The notes: a model not told the origin generated them from the letters alone. Positions 12,396-26,300 are shown, counted from the whole stretch's first letter. The stretch is 63,476 nt of DNA, filler included, from Octopus bimaculoides (GCF_001194135.2; 8 parts of 6 records of this genome joined end to end with filler, not necessarily neighbours in it), one strand, 5' to 3'. Program-made: numbers and translations.

Positions 12396-12992
12396 NNNNN
12401 NNNNNNNNNNNNNNNNNNNNNNNNNNNNNNNNNNNNNNNTTTTCTCTGTACGGTAGCAGTATTGAAAGAGTGTATATGGAGGACGAAAATGGAAGGCATC
12501 GTGACAGGGTCCTACATATCCGGCCCTGGATTGCTGTTCTACTTCAGATATCACCTGAAGAGCAAGATAGGGCTGGAAAAGAGAACCCTGTCAGAGAAAG
12601 TATATGAACGAAGATGGAAGGAAGTAGTGAAAAAGGTGGGTGTAAGTCACCCAAACTAATCATTGAGAAAATAAAAGGCAAACTGCTGGGCCTTATAGGC
12701 TGCCGGGTTGAAAAACCCAATCTCCCCTTCTTTTTATAGACATACATGTGTGTAGGTGTATGTATGGGTATGTGTGTGTGTGTGCATGAATGTATGTATA
12801 TATGTGTATATATATATATATTTATATAGATGTGTGTGGATATGCATGGATATGTATGTCTGAATATTCAAAGTCATCGTTTTTTAAATTTTATAAAAAC
12901 ATCGTAAAAATTTTTTAAAAAGAACTTCATACATTTTGTACATCTGTTTGTATTTGTCTTTGTATCATCTATGTAAATTAGATCCATAGTGA

Positions 12993-13530
12993 TCATAATA
13001 AAAATTTTACGACATTTAACGTTTTCTCGTCCTCCACTTCTATCTGGTAGGGAATTCTTTCTATGTCCTCGAATGTGGCAAAAAGCCACATTTCGAGTCC
13101 AAATCCCCACCATTTGCACACTTTTGTTTTCGCCACTGGTCCCAATTCCGGCTCCTCCTTGGTTGCAGCCAGCTGTATTCTTTCACCACAACTTTCTCTC
13201 ACTCTTTCTTCCTGTTTCGGTTGTACCTGTATTTCAAAGGGCCCGCCTTGTCACACTGTGTCACGCTGAATATCCCTGAGAACTATGTTAAGGGTACACG
13301 TGTCTATGGAGTGCTCAGCCACTTGCACGTTAATTTCACGAGCTGGCTGTTCCGTTGATCGGATCAACTGGAACCCTCGATGTCGTAAGCGACGGAGTGC
13401 CAACAACAACTGCTCTTGTGGTTGATGTTCTTCCGTTTTTGTTATTTTGTTGTTGCTAATGAAGCTACTTTTAATATTTTTTGTCATTAATCTTGATATT
13501 GTCGCTTTTGCCCTTACTCCTGGCAATTAG
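12993..13530 (-). mobile_element. Degenerate repeat-derived ORF, possibly LINE ORF1-like
   Basis: CpG-richer island; ORFs 13251-13526 and 12993-13202 share one frame with a single intervening stop; weak resemblance to the 42.9-43.6 kb ORF1. Confidence 0.3.
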
Positions 13531-14039
13531 TACGTTTTTTTCTTCTTTTTACAAAACGTTGAAAAATTTAACTTTTCTATACAATGAAAAAAGCTATCAG
13601 TGAAGAAATCGTCTACGAATGCTATAATTCCTTCAGCCATTGGCGATAAAAAGATGGAAATTCTTTGCTCTTCAGTTGACAATAAGATAGACCAATATAT
13701 TGTGCTAAGAGGAAAATATTCACACAAAACAATACTTCTTTTATTCTGGACGTACATCTGAAACAAAACTGAAATATATGTTACTAAAACAATATTTTTC
13801 ACCGTATAGCTCGCATGGAGTAAATCCATTAAAAGTAAGAATGCTAATCCTTCGTAATTTTCTGAATTTCACAAAATAGAAAAATCATATTTCTTTGAGA
13901 AGGTTCAAGCAATAAGCTGAATTTTAAAAAGTTCCATTCTGAGGGAGAAAATACTGAGTATGTTTAAGAGACATGAAACGAATAAATTTTGAATTTTGTT
14001 AGTAATTTAATTCTAATTCCTGTTGGATCCCTCTTATTT

Positions 14040-14353
14040 GTCGATGACCGTTTTTTTTCGATTTGGCAGCAATCATTTTCTTTACTTTCATCCCAAGATG
14101 GAACAATCGTTTAGCTGAGCTTCAAGAACACAATCAGTTAGCAGTGCAGGAGCTAACTCCTGAAATGCTTCAAAGTGTGTTTCACAAGGCTAAGGAGAGA
14201 TTTGTAGTATACAGGGATACAGACATGTTGAACAATTTCAATAAGATTTATAAATCTATTTGTTTTGGTAATAAACATAAAATTCTACCAGGTTTGTTTT
14301 TTTTAAATTTGCTTAATTCCTTTGAAACAGATAGTTAATTCTGGAACACACTG
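14040..14353 (+). mobile_element. Tc1/mariner-superfamily 3' end remnant
   Basis: LAELQEHNQLAVQELTPEMLQSVFHKAKERF resembles a transposase C-terminus; ends in TIR-like TTCTGGAACACACTG. Confidence 0.4.
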
Positions 14354-14489
14354 AATGGTGTAGCGTTGTTAGTTGTTGCGTTGCTCGGGTAAATATTAAA
14401 ATCAAAGGTCTTCTCGCCGTACACATCCCATCTTTTTGTTCGGCATATTGTATCAAGGAGTATATTATCTTAAATGTATCACTCCTTTA

Positions 14490-14600
14490 TAGGCGTGGCT
14501 GTGTAGTTGAGAAGCTTACTTTCTAACCATGTCGCCTTGGGTTCAGTTCCACTGTGCAGCGCGTTGGGCAATTTTCTTTCATTACAGCTCCGTGCCGATC
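14490..14600 (+). mobile_element. SINE family 1, 5' fragment
   Basis: GGCGTGGCTGTGTAGTTGAGAAGCTT..GGGTTCAGTTCCACTG..CAAAGCCTTGTG. Confidence 0.6.
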
Positions 14601-15874
14601 AAAGCCTTGTGTATTATATAATTGCCATTATTGTATTGATATATAAAATAACACATACAAATCACTTATTGTTGTATAACAAACAAACAGAAGTTCGTGT
14701 ATGAAACTGATCTTTTTTCTACTTCAATTATTACATGATTTTTCTTATAAAATACACGCATACAGGAGGAGTAAATCTCTATACATAATAACACGTTGAA
14801 TGTGGCTCCCGAGAAAGAGTAAAAGTAATTACCCGATCATCGACGAGTATTACTGTTAGTATTTTTTAAAGCCCACACGCATATATACGTTTTTAGCCGA
14901 CTCTCTGTGTTAAGACAATTGAAAATAATTTATCTGTGCAGTTCAAAATTAAGTAATTTTATAAATCTGCACTGACAACATTCAGATTTCTTACCTAAAC
15001 TTGTTTTGAGTGCTTATATATTTGCACTAAAAAGGAAAAAAATTAATAAATCAACATAAAATATCTCGTAATTAATTTGATCGGAGGTCGTATGTTCCAA
15101 ATGAAAATTAACTGGGGAGTAATTAGTTTATACATTTAGAACACAAATTGTGCACGGTTCTCGTGAGATATCTTTTAGTGACTAGGTTGTAGAAGTCCGG
15201 CAGAATATATAGAAACTTCGTAATGTACTATACTGATAAGAAATGAAAGGTAACTGAATGTCATCTTCTGGTTTTAATTATTTAAATTCTTCTTGTGATG
15301 AAAGAGCAGGTTCCGAACAAAGATTCGAAAGAACTGGATTTTAGTAAGTATAGCAAAACCAATGTCACATTTAAACTTGAGGAAAGACTTGCATATTTTT
15401 GTTATTATACATACAGATTGTTTTTATAATGTGCGATTGAGTTGGTTGATTTTATTTCGAAAAAAAAACTTAGCTAATCCAGATTGTCACTTTGGCATTT
15501 GCTCATATAACCAGCTGCACCAGTTATTGGTATGTATGTATTTATCTATGTATGTGAGTATATATTTATGTAAGTGAGTGTGCTTGGGTGTACGTGTGTT
15601 GTCTGTATGTTATTTTATTTCTATGACAGGATAGTATTAATAAAGTTAAAGTTTATTGATAAACTTATTGAGAACTGAAAGGCATAGTCGAACTCGGTGT
15701 AATTTGAAATCTAACATAAAGCGAACGAAATGCTACTAAGCAATTTACCCGCCGTGCTATCGATTCTGCCAGCTTGTCTTACAACAACAACAACAACAAC
15801 AACAATAATTACTACTACTACTACAACTGATGTATTTTTATAATAATAATAACAATAATAATAATAATGAATTC

Positions 15875-16385
15875 TTAACTTTTAAATGTGAACTTTTAGC
15901 ACCAGTAGAATATAAATTCAGATATGACAATTTTGGTTAATATCTGTAGTGGTTAATATTTTGGCGTTATACAATCAAAACTGTTGACAAGCTGTAGCTG
16001 AGGGAGAAACTGCAACTACTCTTGGGGACTTTGCCTACTTACAGACAGAACCATCAGAGCTAATAGACCGGATATTGTTGTAAAAGTCCAAAATAATAAA
16101 GTCTGATCACTGATTGACATGAGTATACTTTGTAATCATAATATAGCGGCAACAAAATTTGACAAGCTCAGAAAATATAAAGATTTGCTCATTGAAACTG
16201 AAAAGATGTGTGTCATCTGTGGCATCTTAAGTTTGTTATAGCACCAGTGATTGTAGGACCGCTAAGAATGCTAAAAAAAAAAGAAAAAAAAAAGCAGAAA
16301 ATTAATTGGCAATGATCCCTGCAAAGAGTGCGGAAGATTGTTTTAACTTGTACGACACACGTATTGAGAAGAGCATTGTCGATGT
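15875..16385 (+). mobile_element. R4/Dong-type LINE, 5'-truncated (restriction-like endonuclease end)
   Basis: LAPVEYKFRYD..TDRTIRANRPDIVVK..LIDMS..DKLRKYKDLLIE..QRVRKIVLTCTTHVLRRALSM; starts directly after (AAT)n. Confidence 0.75.
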
Positions 16386-16644
16386 GAAAACGATAACCTT
16401 CCATATTAATAAGTCCGCTGCCTTAACCACTGGGTCATTGCGCCTCCACCATGATACCAATAGTAATTAGTGAACTTGGCAGTATTAGTACCTGTTGTAG
16501 TGGAAATGGTATACTCCTCCCATGGGACAGCCATTATAAAGTGAGTCGACGTCAACCAATACAGGGAGTCGTGTGTAATAGAGTCATTGTACGAGTTCTC
16601 ACTTGGAGTTAGGTGTCAATTATGTGTTATAGTCGAGTTCATCA

Positions 16645-16676
<32 letters not shown>

Positions 16677-16679
16677 CAA

Positions 16680-16870
16680 TCGTTTCTACTATAAGCACAA
16701 GGACTGAAATTTTGGTGGGAGGGGGACAGATGATTGCATCGACCACAGTACTTTATTGGTACTTATTTTAGAGTTCCCCATAAAAGGATGAAAGCAATGT
16801 CGATCAGGGCGGAATGTGAACTCAACGAAAACACGGACGAAATGTTGCTAAGCATATTTCCCTGCATGCT
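16680..16870 (-). mobile_element. SINE family 2, degenerate
   Basis: Reverse complement aligns with 19574-19770 and 57519-57735. Confidence 0.55.
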
Positions 16871-16999
16871 AAAAATCCAACCAGCTCACTACCTTCATAA
16901 TACTAATGATGGTAAGGATAATGATGATGATGATGATGGGGATAATGATAATGATGATTGTTTCTAATTTGGGGAGGAGATGAGAGGCGAAGCTAACTT

Positions 17000-17056
17000 G
17001 GCAGAATCTGACGAAGAAGCTAAAAAACCGGAAGAAATACTGCAAGTTATTTTGTC
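17000..17056 (+). ncRNA. Degenerate hammerhead-like motif (family D)
   Basis: Stem I GGCAGAAU/AUUUUGUC (8 bp), CUGACGA, GAAA, near-palindrome ACUGCAAGU and GUU; stem II does not pair. Confidence 0.3.
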
Positions 17057-17499
17057 CGACGTTCTTGTTTCTGATAAAACTATTCAGAATACAAGATCAA
17101 AATCTCAAGTATGCTGTTTATTGTGAAATGACAAAATATCGTTATAGGGTACACATGTTAAGTGTGTACATGTCTTTGATGTACATACGTAACTTCACTC
17201 TTTTATATTGTATCCATAACCTTGTATACTGGAAACCTACATTCTTATGACAATAGAAAATTATACAACTTGTTCCGTTTATATTTCTTTAAAGAGATAG
17301 AGAAGTAACTGACACGATTGACACAAGTGGTGTCACCTAAATGTTGATATAGACATACCTAAACACACATATCGAACATAAGACATTCATAGAAAAACCA
17401 TAGAAATATGTATACGCCCTCCACGACATGTGTTTGTGAGTGGTGTATCATCGCACTCACACAAACACAAGTATATGTATATGCGTGTGTATGTTTGCA

Positions 17500-17553
<54 letters not shown>

Positions 17554-18199
17554 TATGCATACACATATTACAATTGTGTACAGCAAGTCAGCTATAAAAG
17601 GATTTACAATACTATATGTTCAAGACTGAACAAGGCGCCATTTTTTTATATATTCAAATTGAATGCCAAACCTGTATTGTTGCTTTATTTGTTACATATC
17701 CACTATTGTGTGTAACATGTATGAATGCTGGTCACGATCTAGTTGACTTCCTTTCATGAGAGCTTTATTGTGTATGTCTCTGTATTATTCTTTCCAAATT
17801 GTACATATTTTATAAAAACTTATTCCAGTAAATCCTGTGACAAATATGGTTCTTAATTTGTTAAGTGCATATATGTGTTGGCTAGGTTTTTGTGAAATAG
17901 ATCATTGTAACAAAAACCTGTGCAGAGATAGATATCAGACATTTCAATAGTTGACGTGTGGCTAATAAATCACGTCCAAGTAGTTGTAGGTACAATATGG
18001 AATTTAAAATAAGTTATTTCAGGTATTTGTATCTTTACAAAATGTCAAAGTAGAAAGAAAAGACTCAGACTTAAGGTATCATGAAGCTTTTTTCAGAACA
18101 GACATGAGTTGAATAAATGATCACAGGGCTGATATTGTTTTACGCTCTTTAGACAATACATAGTTCAGACACACGTGCAAATATACCTACCTACATACA

Positions 18200-20150
18200 T
18201 AAAGATACAAGCATGGAATTGTTTGGTTCTCCGTCGGTTTTGATGATGAACATTATGGTGTTCAATCAGCTTATTAACAGTTCCTGAATTGAAGTGTAAG
18301 TGGTTGAGTAATCCGTAGACACGGACGCTGATAATTTTCAAAGAGAACCAGCATGACACAGTGAGTGATAAAGTTTTACCTATCAATTATAGGTACAAAC
18401 CATTCGAATGAATTCTTTACAGCCTCTTTATGTCAGTAACATTACAGGTTCTGTGTTGGAGACCTCTAACTATCAAACTGGTACAATAGAATGTTTTTTT
18501 CTCGCGATTTCGAAGGTGGTATACTTGGAAGCTGACAGCATCTACCAGTCCGTGCATTAAAATTCTTTTTAATGCCGAAGTTTAGAACATCCCTATGCGG
18601 GATTTTCCATGCGTTCAAGAGAGCAGAGATCGAGAGCTTTCAGGCATTCTTAGTAACTAAGGCTTTTAATTTCTCCTATGAATCCGGATGAGTTGTGAGT
18701 CCAAATTTGAGAGCAGTAATCTAATCTGCTTAGAACTAGGGTTTTCCATAGAGTTAGCATAACTACCGTCTCATTTGTTACAAAGGTTCATAAGAGCCAT
18801 GCTATCCGATGTCTACATTTAGAGGCCAGTGTAGTGATGTCGCTGATGAAAGATGTATCATACGACAGGATTACCGCTAAGTCCCGCATATCATTAGCAC
18901 TCTGAAACATTGTGTTATCTGATGTCAAATATTGTGATTTGTATGTATTCCTTCCGAAATGAAGAACCAGAAAATTTGATGTATTAAATTTCATATTAGT
19001 TTTATCTGCCCATTATAAATGACGTTTAGCTCATTTTGGAGTGTGACTGTATCTTCTGGAGATTGAATAACCATCGACAATTTTGTGTCACCGGCGTAAA
19101 TCATTAACGCGGCCGAGTGCATTTGTGACCTGTCTTATAGGGTGTTGATATATAAATAATAATGATCTCAGAACCTTTGCCTGAGGTACACCACTTATTA
19201 CAGAGACGAAACCATTTGCAGCATTAGATTGACTCATACCCCATGGAAAGTCAAAGAGCCTTTCTTCGAGTTTAGCTATGTTACCAGGATCCCCATGCTT
19301 ATGACAGATGATTCCATTATCAATATTGCCAAAAGCTAAGGCGGCGAGCTGGCAGTAACATTAGCATGCCGGGCGAAATGCCTATCGGTATTTCGTCTGC
19401 CGTCACGTTATGAGTTCAAATTCCGCCGAAGTCGACTTTGCCTTTCATCCTTTCAGTGTCGATAAATTAGGTACCAGTTACGCACTGGGGTCGATGTAAT
19501 CGACTTAATCCCTTTGTCCGTCCCTGTTTGTTCCCTCTATGTTTAGCCCCTTGTGGGCAATAAAGAAATAAGAGACGTTAGCACGCCGGACTAAATGCTT
19601 AGTGGTATTTTTTCTGTCTTTACGTTCTGAGTTGAAATTCCGCCGAGGTCGACTTTGTCTTTCATCCCTTCGGGGTCGATAAATTAAGTACCAATTGCGT
19701 ACTGGTGTCGATCTAATTGACTGTCCTTGCTTCCCAAAAAATTTCGGGCCTTGTGCCTAGAGTAGTAAAGAATATTGTGAAACGCCTTAGCAAAATGGAG
19801 GTATACGCAGTCAGTGTCATTTCCTCTCACGAGATTATTGAGAATAGTGTTTATAGTGCTGGAAAAGTTGTGACAGACAACTTCGTTCAGTCCCAAAACC
19901 ATGTTGTGTCTCATTTAAGAGACTGTTTCGGACGATGCATTCAATAATTTTAGATGTGTGAGATGTGAGAAAAACGGGTCTGCAGTTTTTAGCTTCAGTT
20001 CTGCTGCTTCCCTTGTGCATAGGTGTTACTATTGCGTCTTTCAGTAGCTCTGGGAATATACCAGTATTCTAGTGCCTATTGAAATAGTATCTTTAATGGT
20101 TTCGCGAAGCTGTTTTCGCACGTTTTTGCGAGTCTGATCCAGATACTGGG
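18200..20150 (-). mobile_element. CR1/L2-clade LINE ORF2 (RT and C-terminus), decayed, interrupted by SINEs
   Basis: PELLKDAIVTPMHKGSSRTEAKNCRPVFLTSHTSKIIE, QHGF, YLHFAKAF, SGVPQ, YAGDTK, MKFN, RDLAVI and LSRLDYCSQIW in the expected order. Confidence 0.85.
19329..19770 (+). mobile_element. Tandem pair of family-2 SINEs inserted in the LINE RT
   Basis: Two AAGGCGGCGAGCTGGCAG../GAGTTCAAATTCCGCCGA units with different tails; flanking direct repeat AATATTG at 19322-19328 and 19771-19777. Confidence 0.8.
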
Positions 20151-20686
20151 TTTGTATCTAGGTCAATAATAGCTGCATATATAGACACGTGTGTGTGTGT
20201 GCGTGTATGTGTGTGCGCTCACGTCCGCGTTTGCCTGTGATTTTGTTTATGTGAGTGTACTTCAGAAAGAGTTGTTCCTGGAAACACAGTCATTCCTCTT
20301 TCGCAGAGTGTTTAATTAATTTTTGTTAACATAATTCCTTTGCATGCAAAACTGTCATGTTTTACGCACATTTTAAATGCAATTCAAAATGTTCCAAAAC
20401 TAAATACATCGTATCTTATTTGAAATTGGACATTTTAAATTCATGCTGAGCATTGCCTGCGAAAGAAATAATTGATTCTTCTCGTTACAAGGCTATTAAC
20501 GCGTGTACTGTTAATTGTGATTGCATCGTGGTGTCCGTGTAGGAAATCACACACACACACACACACTCACATACGAACACACGCGCGCGCACACTCGTAC
20601 ACCACCCACACCCTCTCTCCCTCTGTCACGGTCTCTTTTCTGTCTGCCTGTCTCTATCCGTCCGCCTGCCTATGTATGTATGTATG

Positions 20687-20728
<42 letters not shown>

Positions 20729-21863
20729 CAATGTTAATTCTCTAAATGAAGTATTAACNNNNNNNNNNNNNNNNNNNNNNNNNNNNNNNNNNNNNNNNNN
20801 NNTTAATTAATTAANNNNNNNNNNNNNNNNNNNNNNNNNNNNNNNNNNNNNNNNNNNNACACACACACACACACACATATTATATATATATATATAAATA
20901 ATACAGAATGGGACAAGAACGCAAAACATCCAGACTGTTAGGTCATACAAGAAAGAGACAAAACAATCAGATAGATGATACAAAGAAAACACGGATAGGT
21001 CATTCGTAGTTTTCTTTCTTCAGTCGAGATCCAGATTATCATTGCAATTTCGGCTGGTTATTCTCCATATTGCTCCAATCATCTGCCCAGCCCCAAGGAA
21101 AAACTAAGTTAAGAGCATTAGATTCCTTGGATGAAAGCAGCGAATGTATACAAAAACAAAGACGGAAAAAAACCGAACTTTGTTACACAAATACAGATGT
21201 CTTTCGACTAAGGACGAATAAAGTTAAGCTGGCGTGTATGGAAATAAGGCCTTACAGCCGGGATACAAGGTATGACTCTATTTCTGTCTATCAGTCCCTT
21301 CACCCTTATTTGTTCATTCCACTGTTCGTTCTTTCGTTCCCTCTCGCTCACATTTTCGTGCCTTCTACTCTCCCTCCACTTTTCACTTCACTGTGTCCCT
21401 GTAATTTTTCTCGCCCCTCCTTAATTTTTTTGTCCCTCTGCTTCTACCTCCCTCTCTTCTCCTCCCACGCAACCGATGTTCGGTCAAGCCTGACCTTTCT
21501 TTCTTGGGCGGTCACTGTGCGTGCACATCGTTATTCCTCCCTGTGCCTGTGAAACCTTGTATCCCACATTGCAAGTGAAAGTTTCGTGAGCTCGAAGAAA
21601 GAACCTTCCTTCCCAGAGATTCGGGGATCAAGTAATAAAAAATGTGACAAATTCAAAATGGCTCCTAAATGGTAGTCAACTCAGATCTCATGCTGTTGTT
21701 GGTTTGGAGGCGACATTAGTTCTTATATTTGTTCTCAGGTCCAGATAGTCCGGCAACAAGTTCGCCGTTGTCGCAGCTACGTCAGGAGAATTATTGTTTA
21801 TTTAGCGATATCAGTTCGTTGCATTTGCTGTAACACGTGACAGAGCGGGTTGATGGCGCGGGT

Positions 21864-22006
21864 TAGAGGAGGACAGTCTTTCGGTAGGAGTAAACAGATT
21901 CAGGTGTGCCGGATTACAATCTGGTAGTACTAGAGGAGGACAGTCTTTCGGTAGGAGTAAACAGATTCAGGTGTGCCGGATTACAATCTGGTAGTACTAG
22001 AGGAGG
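21864..22006. repeat. Perfect 67-bp tandem duplication
   Basis: 21864-21930 equals 21931-21997, followed by TAGAGGAGG again. Confidence 0.9.
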
Positions 22007-22841
22007 GGGCTCTAACCTATATGAGCAACAGAGTTTAAGTGCTGTCCTCTTGAATATAGAGCAGGCAAGCCAAATGTTATGAAAAAATTCTCCATAATAC
22101 CTTGTTATTACAACCTTAAACGCAATCTAATTATCAGTCATCAGAACTTTACCCTAGGAAATTTTAACTTAATAGAGACTATACACAGCCAAGATAAATT
22201 CAAACGTGCAACACTCTAATAATGGCTTAGCTGCCAAACTTGCGTAGTCACTGTCAATACAATTCTTGATAAAAAATAATAAATTTTTGCTATGCCAAAT
22301 GTACTGAGTAATCCTTCAGTTTAATGTAAAAATGTTTTCATCATAACATTAATATACGGATTGAATTATGTCAAGTGAATGAGAGAGAAGTGCTCAATAC
22401 ATTTTGGGTATATAGTTCATGGAAACGAGATTCCCATTGCACGCCCCGAGTTGCAGACTTCTTCGTTCTAGCCTAGCGTTTGCAGTGATGTTAAACATGA
22501 ACTAGGAGATATATAAAAAAAACAATCAGTTTCAATAAATTGTGATTGGAGGAGTTGCACGCACGAACGTGCGTGTGAATTTGCTTGACGTAAGGGATCT
22601 GAATTCCTCTGATATCTTCCAAATTTCTCATGTAGGCTAATGATGCACTTCTAAATATCATAACATATGGTAAACTATTTATCTAGAACTTTATGATATT
22701 TTGTCTAAGATTAGATGCACAGGGAAATGTTGCATCGAAATAATGTCTAAATGTTATAAGTACATACATACACAGACAAGCGGATATATGTGTATGTACT
22801 GTACACGTTTATATATACATATAAATATGTATGTCTATTTT

Positions 22842-22886
<45 letters not shown>

Positions 22887-23145
22887 NNNNNNNNNNNNNN
22901 NNNNNNNNNNNNNNNNNNNNNNNNNNNNNNNNNNNNNNNNNNNNNNNNNNNNNNNNNNNNNNNNNNNNNNNNNNNNNNNNNNNNNNNNNNNNNNNNNNNN
23001 NNNNNNNNNNNNNNNNNNNNNNNNNNNNNNNNNNNNNNNNNNNNNNNNNNNNNNNNNNNNNNNNNNNNNNNNNNNNNNNNNNNNNNNNNNNNNNNNNNNN
23101 NNNNNNNNNNNNNNNNNNNNNNNNNNNNNNNNNNTATACACACAC

Positions 23146-23370
23146 ACGAGGGGTGTATGAAAAGTTCTGTGCCTAACCTAGAAACGGAGCTGCTAGATAG
23201 CTGAAACATTTTTTTTCTGGTAAGTACAGTCTTTTCGGGAGTATTCTTGCTCATTTGCCTGATTCTGATATTCTAATTTTTTTTTTTTTTTTTTGGCAGA
23301 TTTTTGAATAAACAAGTGTCGAGGTTACAAGGAAAATAGAGAAAACTGAGTATCGTGCTGTCATAAAGGT
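23146..23370 (+). mobile_element. mariner 5' end (TIR and start of transposase)
   Basis: ACGAGGGGTGTATGAAAAGTTC resembles a mariner TIR; (I)EKTEYRAVIK at 23336-23368 matches the mariner N-terminus MEK.EYRAVIK. Confidence 0.6.
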
Positions 23371-26300
23371 ATATATGTATGTATGTCTGTGTATGTGTGC
23401 ATTTATGTCTGTATATGTGTATACATGTATAAATAGGTATATAGATATATATGTGTTTCTGTGTGTTTGCGTGTGTGTATGAATGTGATATCAGTAGCTT
23501 GCTTTAATCTATTAGAGTATAAACTTTCTTTTCTTGCTTCCCTTCTCTCCCCTGCTCTATTTCTGCTTCTCTCTCTTGCTGCACCTCTCTAGAACAATTT
23601 CACATTATTTGTTGAACGTGAACTTCTGAACGCACAAATATAAAAAAAACAAGTCTAACTACCTTTTTAGCATTCAGCTCGAAATTGTAAAATTTCCCCT
23701 AAGGCATATTATTTTTAATATCGTGTCCCCCCTAAGGACAGGAAGGTATGAGAAACATGGAAAACTTTGAAGAAAGTCGATATGTTTATGACTATAAGAC
23801 GGTGCTAGCAAAATATTATATGTACGAATTATATAAAAAATGTATTTTGCCAGCAATTGAATAGTTCTGTAGAAGAACAAGTAATATCATGCATTTTGAT
23901 CAAAAGAATACTAGATTATAACTTCGACAAACTAACTGTAATATAAAACGCATGCAAATTGCATGCAGCAAACGGGCAAGTAATTTTTAAATGCAACAAA
24001 ATAGGTTTATAAATATCCACTAATATGTACCTCTGTTTTGACATTTAGTCTTGCTCAATGCATTACAGAAGTTTTAACCCATATGAATGACAAACGTTTC
24101 ACTGCTATAATGTAGAGTCTATTATAATATATATAAGAGCTTTAGCACTACTATGGAAAGAATGACATGACAGGTCATTGTCGCTAAAGTATACACCTTC
24201 ATGGAAGTGGGACACTTCCTCTCCAGCAGAAAAATTCTTAAGGCAGCCAAGAACATTATGCGACATACTGTATATTGCCCATCGAAACTGGTAGCTTCCG
24301 TACGATTATATGCTGTATTAGAAAGAGAAATCAAGTCACTTGTAAATATTGGCAGTATACTGGCAGGCTTGGCTGTATTATTAAGGTCATTTCACAATCA
24401 AGTAATTTAGTATTCGATCCCAGTGATTGGTGCTTTGGCCAAATGTGTTCTGCTATAATTCAGGTTTGACTAATACCTCGTAAGTTCGCAATTTAGGTAA
24501 GTTCGTATTTCGTGAGGAGAGAATTTTGACGGTTTCAGCCAAACACTCTGTCAAACTGTTTACGGAATCTGTTTACTGAGTACGTACATAACTGACTATA
24601 TGAAAGATATTATTTTGTTTTCTGAACTTTGACATTGTTCCGTCTTTCAGTAACATTTTGTTAGTATTACAACCTTGGTTTTGCTGCTGTCGACATTTCT
24701 AGTATTATTTTTAGTATTGTTATTGATAGTATTGTTTGTATTTTTAATTGTTCATACTGATCCTGCTGTTATGGTTTTCATTCCCGTCAGTACATCCACA
24801 ATTATTACTATTTTCATTACTTAGATGTTGTTTAGACGAAGGTTAGCCAGATCAAGAAAATCAGTAATGAAAAGCTTCCAAAACATGAATATATAATCTT
24901 TTATTTGTTTGCATATAGCATATTTAGGAGTAGATTTTCCAATATGTCCCTCCCATTTTCCTAGACAGTAGGATATCACTTGAGGGAGATGTGGCGGCTA
25001 TATCTTCCAGGTCAAGCAACCGTGTAGACGCTTTATCAATAGGTTGATGCTGCTGTTGCCCTTAATAAATGTTATTCTTCACTTCAGGTTGCTCCAATTC
25101 ACTCAGATGGCAAAAATAGGTAATGCTGAGACAGGCCCGTATCCCATCCGAGGAGGAAGGTATACGTCACAGAATCTGGAAAACCGACCTTATGACGCAA
25201 GGGCTTAGGAAGGATCTTCGATCCTTTGACTTTTTGTCATTAATAATGGTCTTGTCTGTTTTACCCCGTCCACATTGCTATTTGGCACATCATTAACAAT
25301 GTTTCACTATTTTCCTCCCATCGCTGATGAAAGACGACCACTATTCTCATTATAGGAAAATTTCGGAACCTTTTCTAAGCAATTTGCTTATTTTGTCGTG
25401 AAAGACGGTTTATGTTTGCCATGAAAGGCAGTTTAAGTTTGAAATTTGAAGTTGGTGAAAACGTTCTTCTCTCAATATTATAATAAGATATGTTTATATT
25501 TCATGCCTTAATATTATAAATCTAATACGTTTATTGAACTTTTAAGACAAAATGTATTCATTAACGAAAGATTAGATCTATTCTCCACGCAGAAAAAGGA
25601 GAAAGAATAATGCCACTCACAATCGTCCTAAGGTTATTGACGGAATGAAGAACCTTCTCCCAGACAAAATGATTGATTGCTAAAACTAAAAGAATATCAT
25701 AAATTTATCGTTTGTTCTGTCACAATGACACTAAAGTTGATTATTTCGGGAAATTCAAATAGATTTCATAATTTGGTAGAAACAAATAAGTTAAAAGGCA
25801 ATTTTAAACCAACTCAAACAAGTAGCAGAAAAAATATAAGGTGATCACTGTTTTACACCTGCAGAAAATTGTGTTTAACAGCAATAAAACAGACAGAAAA
25901 TAGAATTTGGAGAAATAAGTACTGATATAAAAACTTCTAAATGAAGTAGTTAAGATACTTGAAGTCTAGTCATTTTATAATCTTATCTTCATAAAAATAG
26001 AATGTTGAAAGGCGTATCCTAATGCTGTTTTTTTTTTATTTGCCCCGCTGTTATCAATAACATAAAATTGGAAGATGAAGAAAAGCTTATCTTTTATGAG
26101 GTACAGGTGCTTCATTACAATAACTCAGAAATCTGGCCTTTTATCAGCATCTGATTGTGATGTCGGATAAAAAGTCAACTTCTAAAGTATAAGTCGCTTG
26201 TGGTTGAATTGTACAAAATGGTTAAACTTTTTCTTTGCATTCTAATATTACCTTCACATAGAATTATGGTATCATACCCATCATATGTTTAAAAAATTTT

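Noticed and set aside
12340-12439. Recurrent TTAATTAATTAA palindrome flanked by Ns (7 sites), which could look like a regular repeat system or a PacI-site array
   Set aside because: Always centred in N runs and encodes stops in all six frames, so it is an artificial contig spacer. Sequences on either side may not be truly adjacent.
20990-21110. CTGAAGA and CCGAAA boxes on the minus strand in a PLE-terminus-like repeat
   Set aside because: The boxes are in the wrong order or spacing for a hammerhead, and no consistent three-stem fold was found
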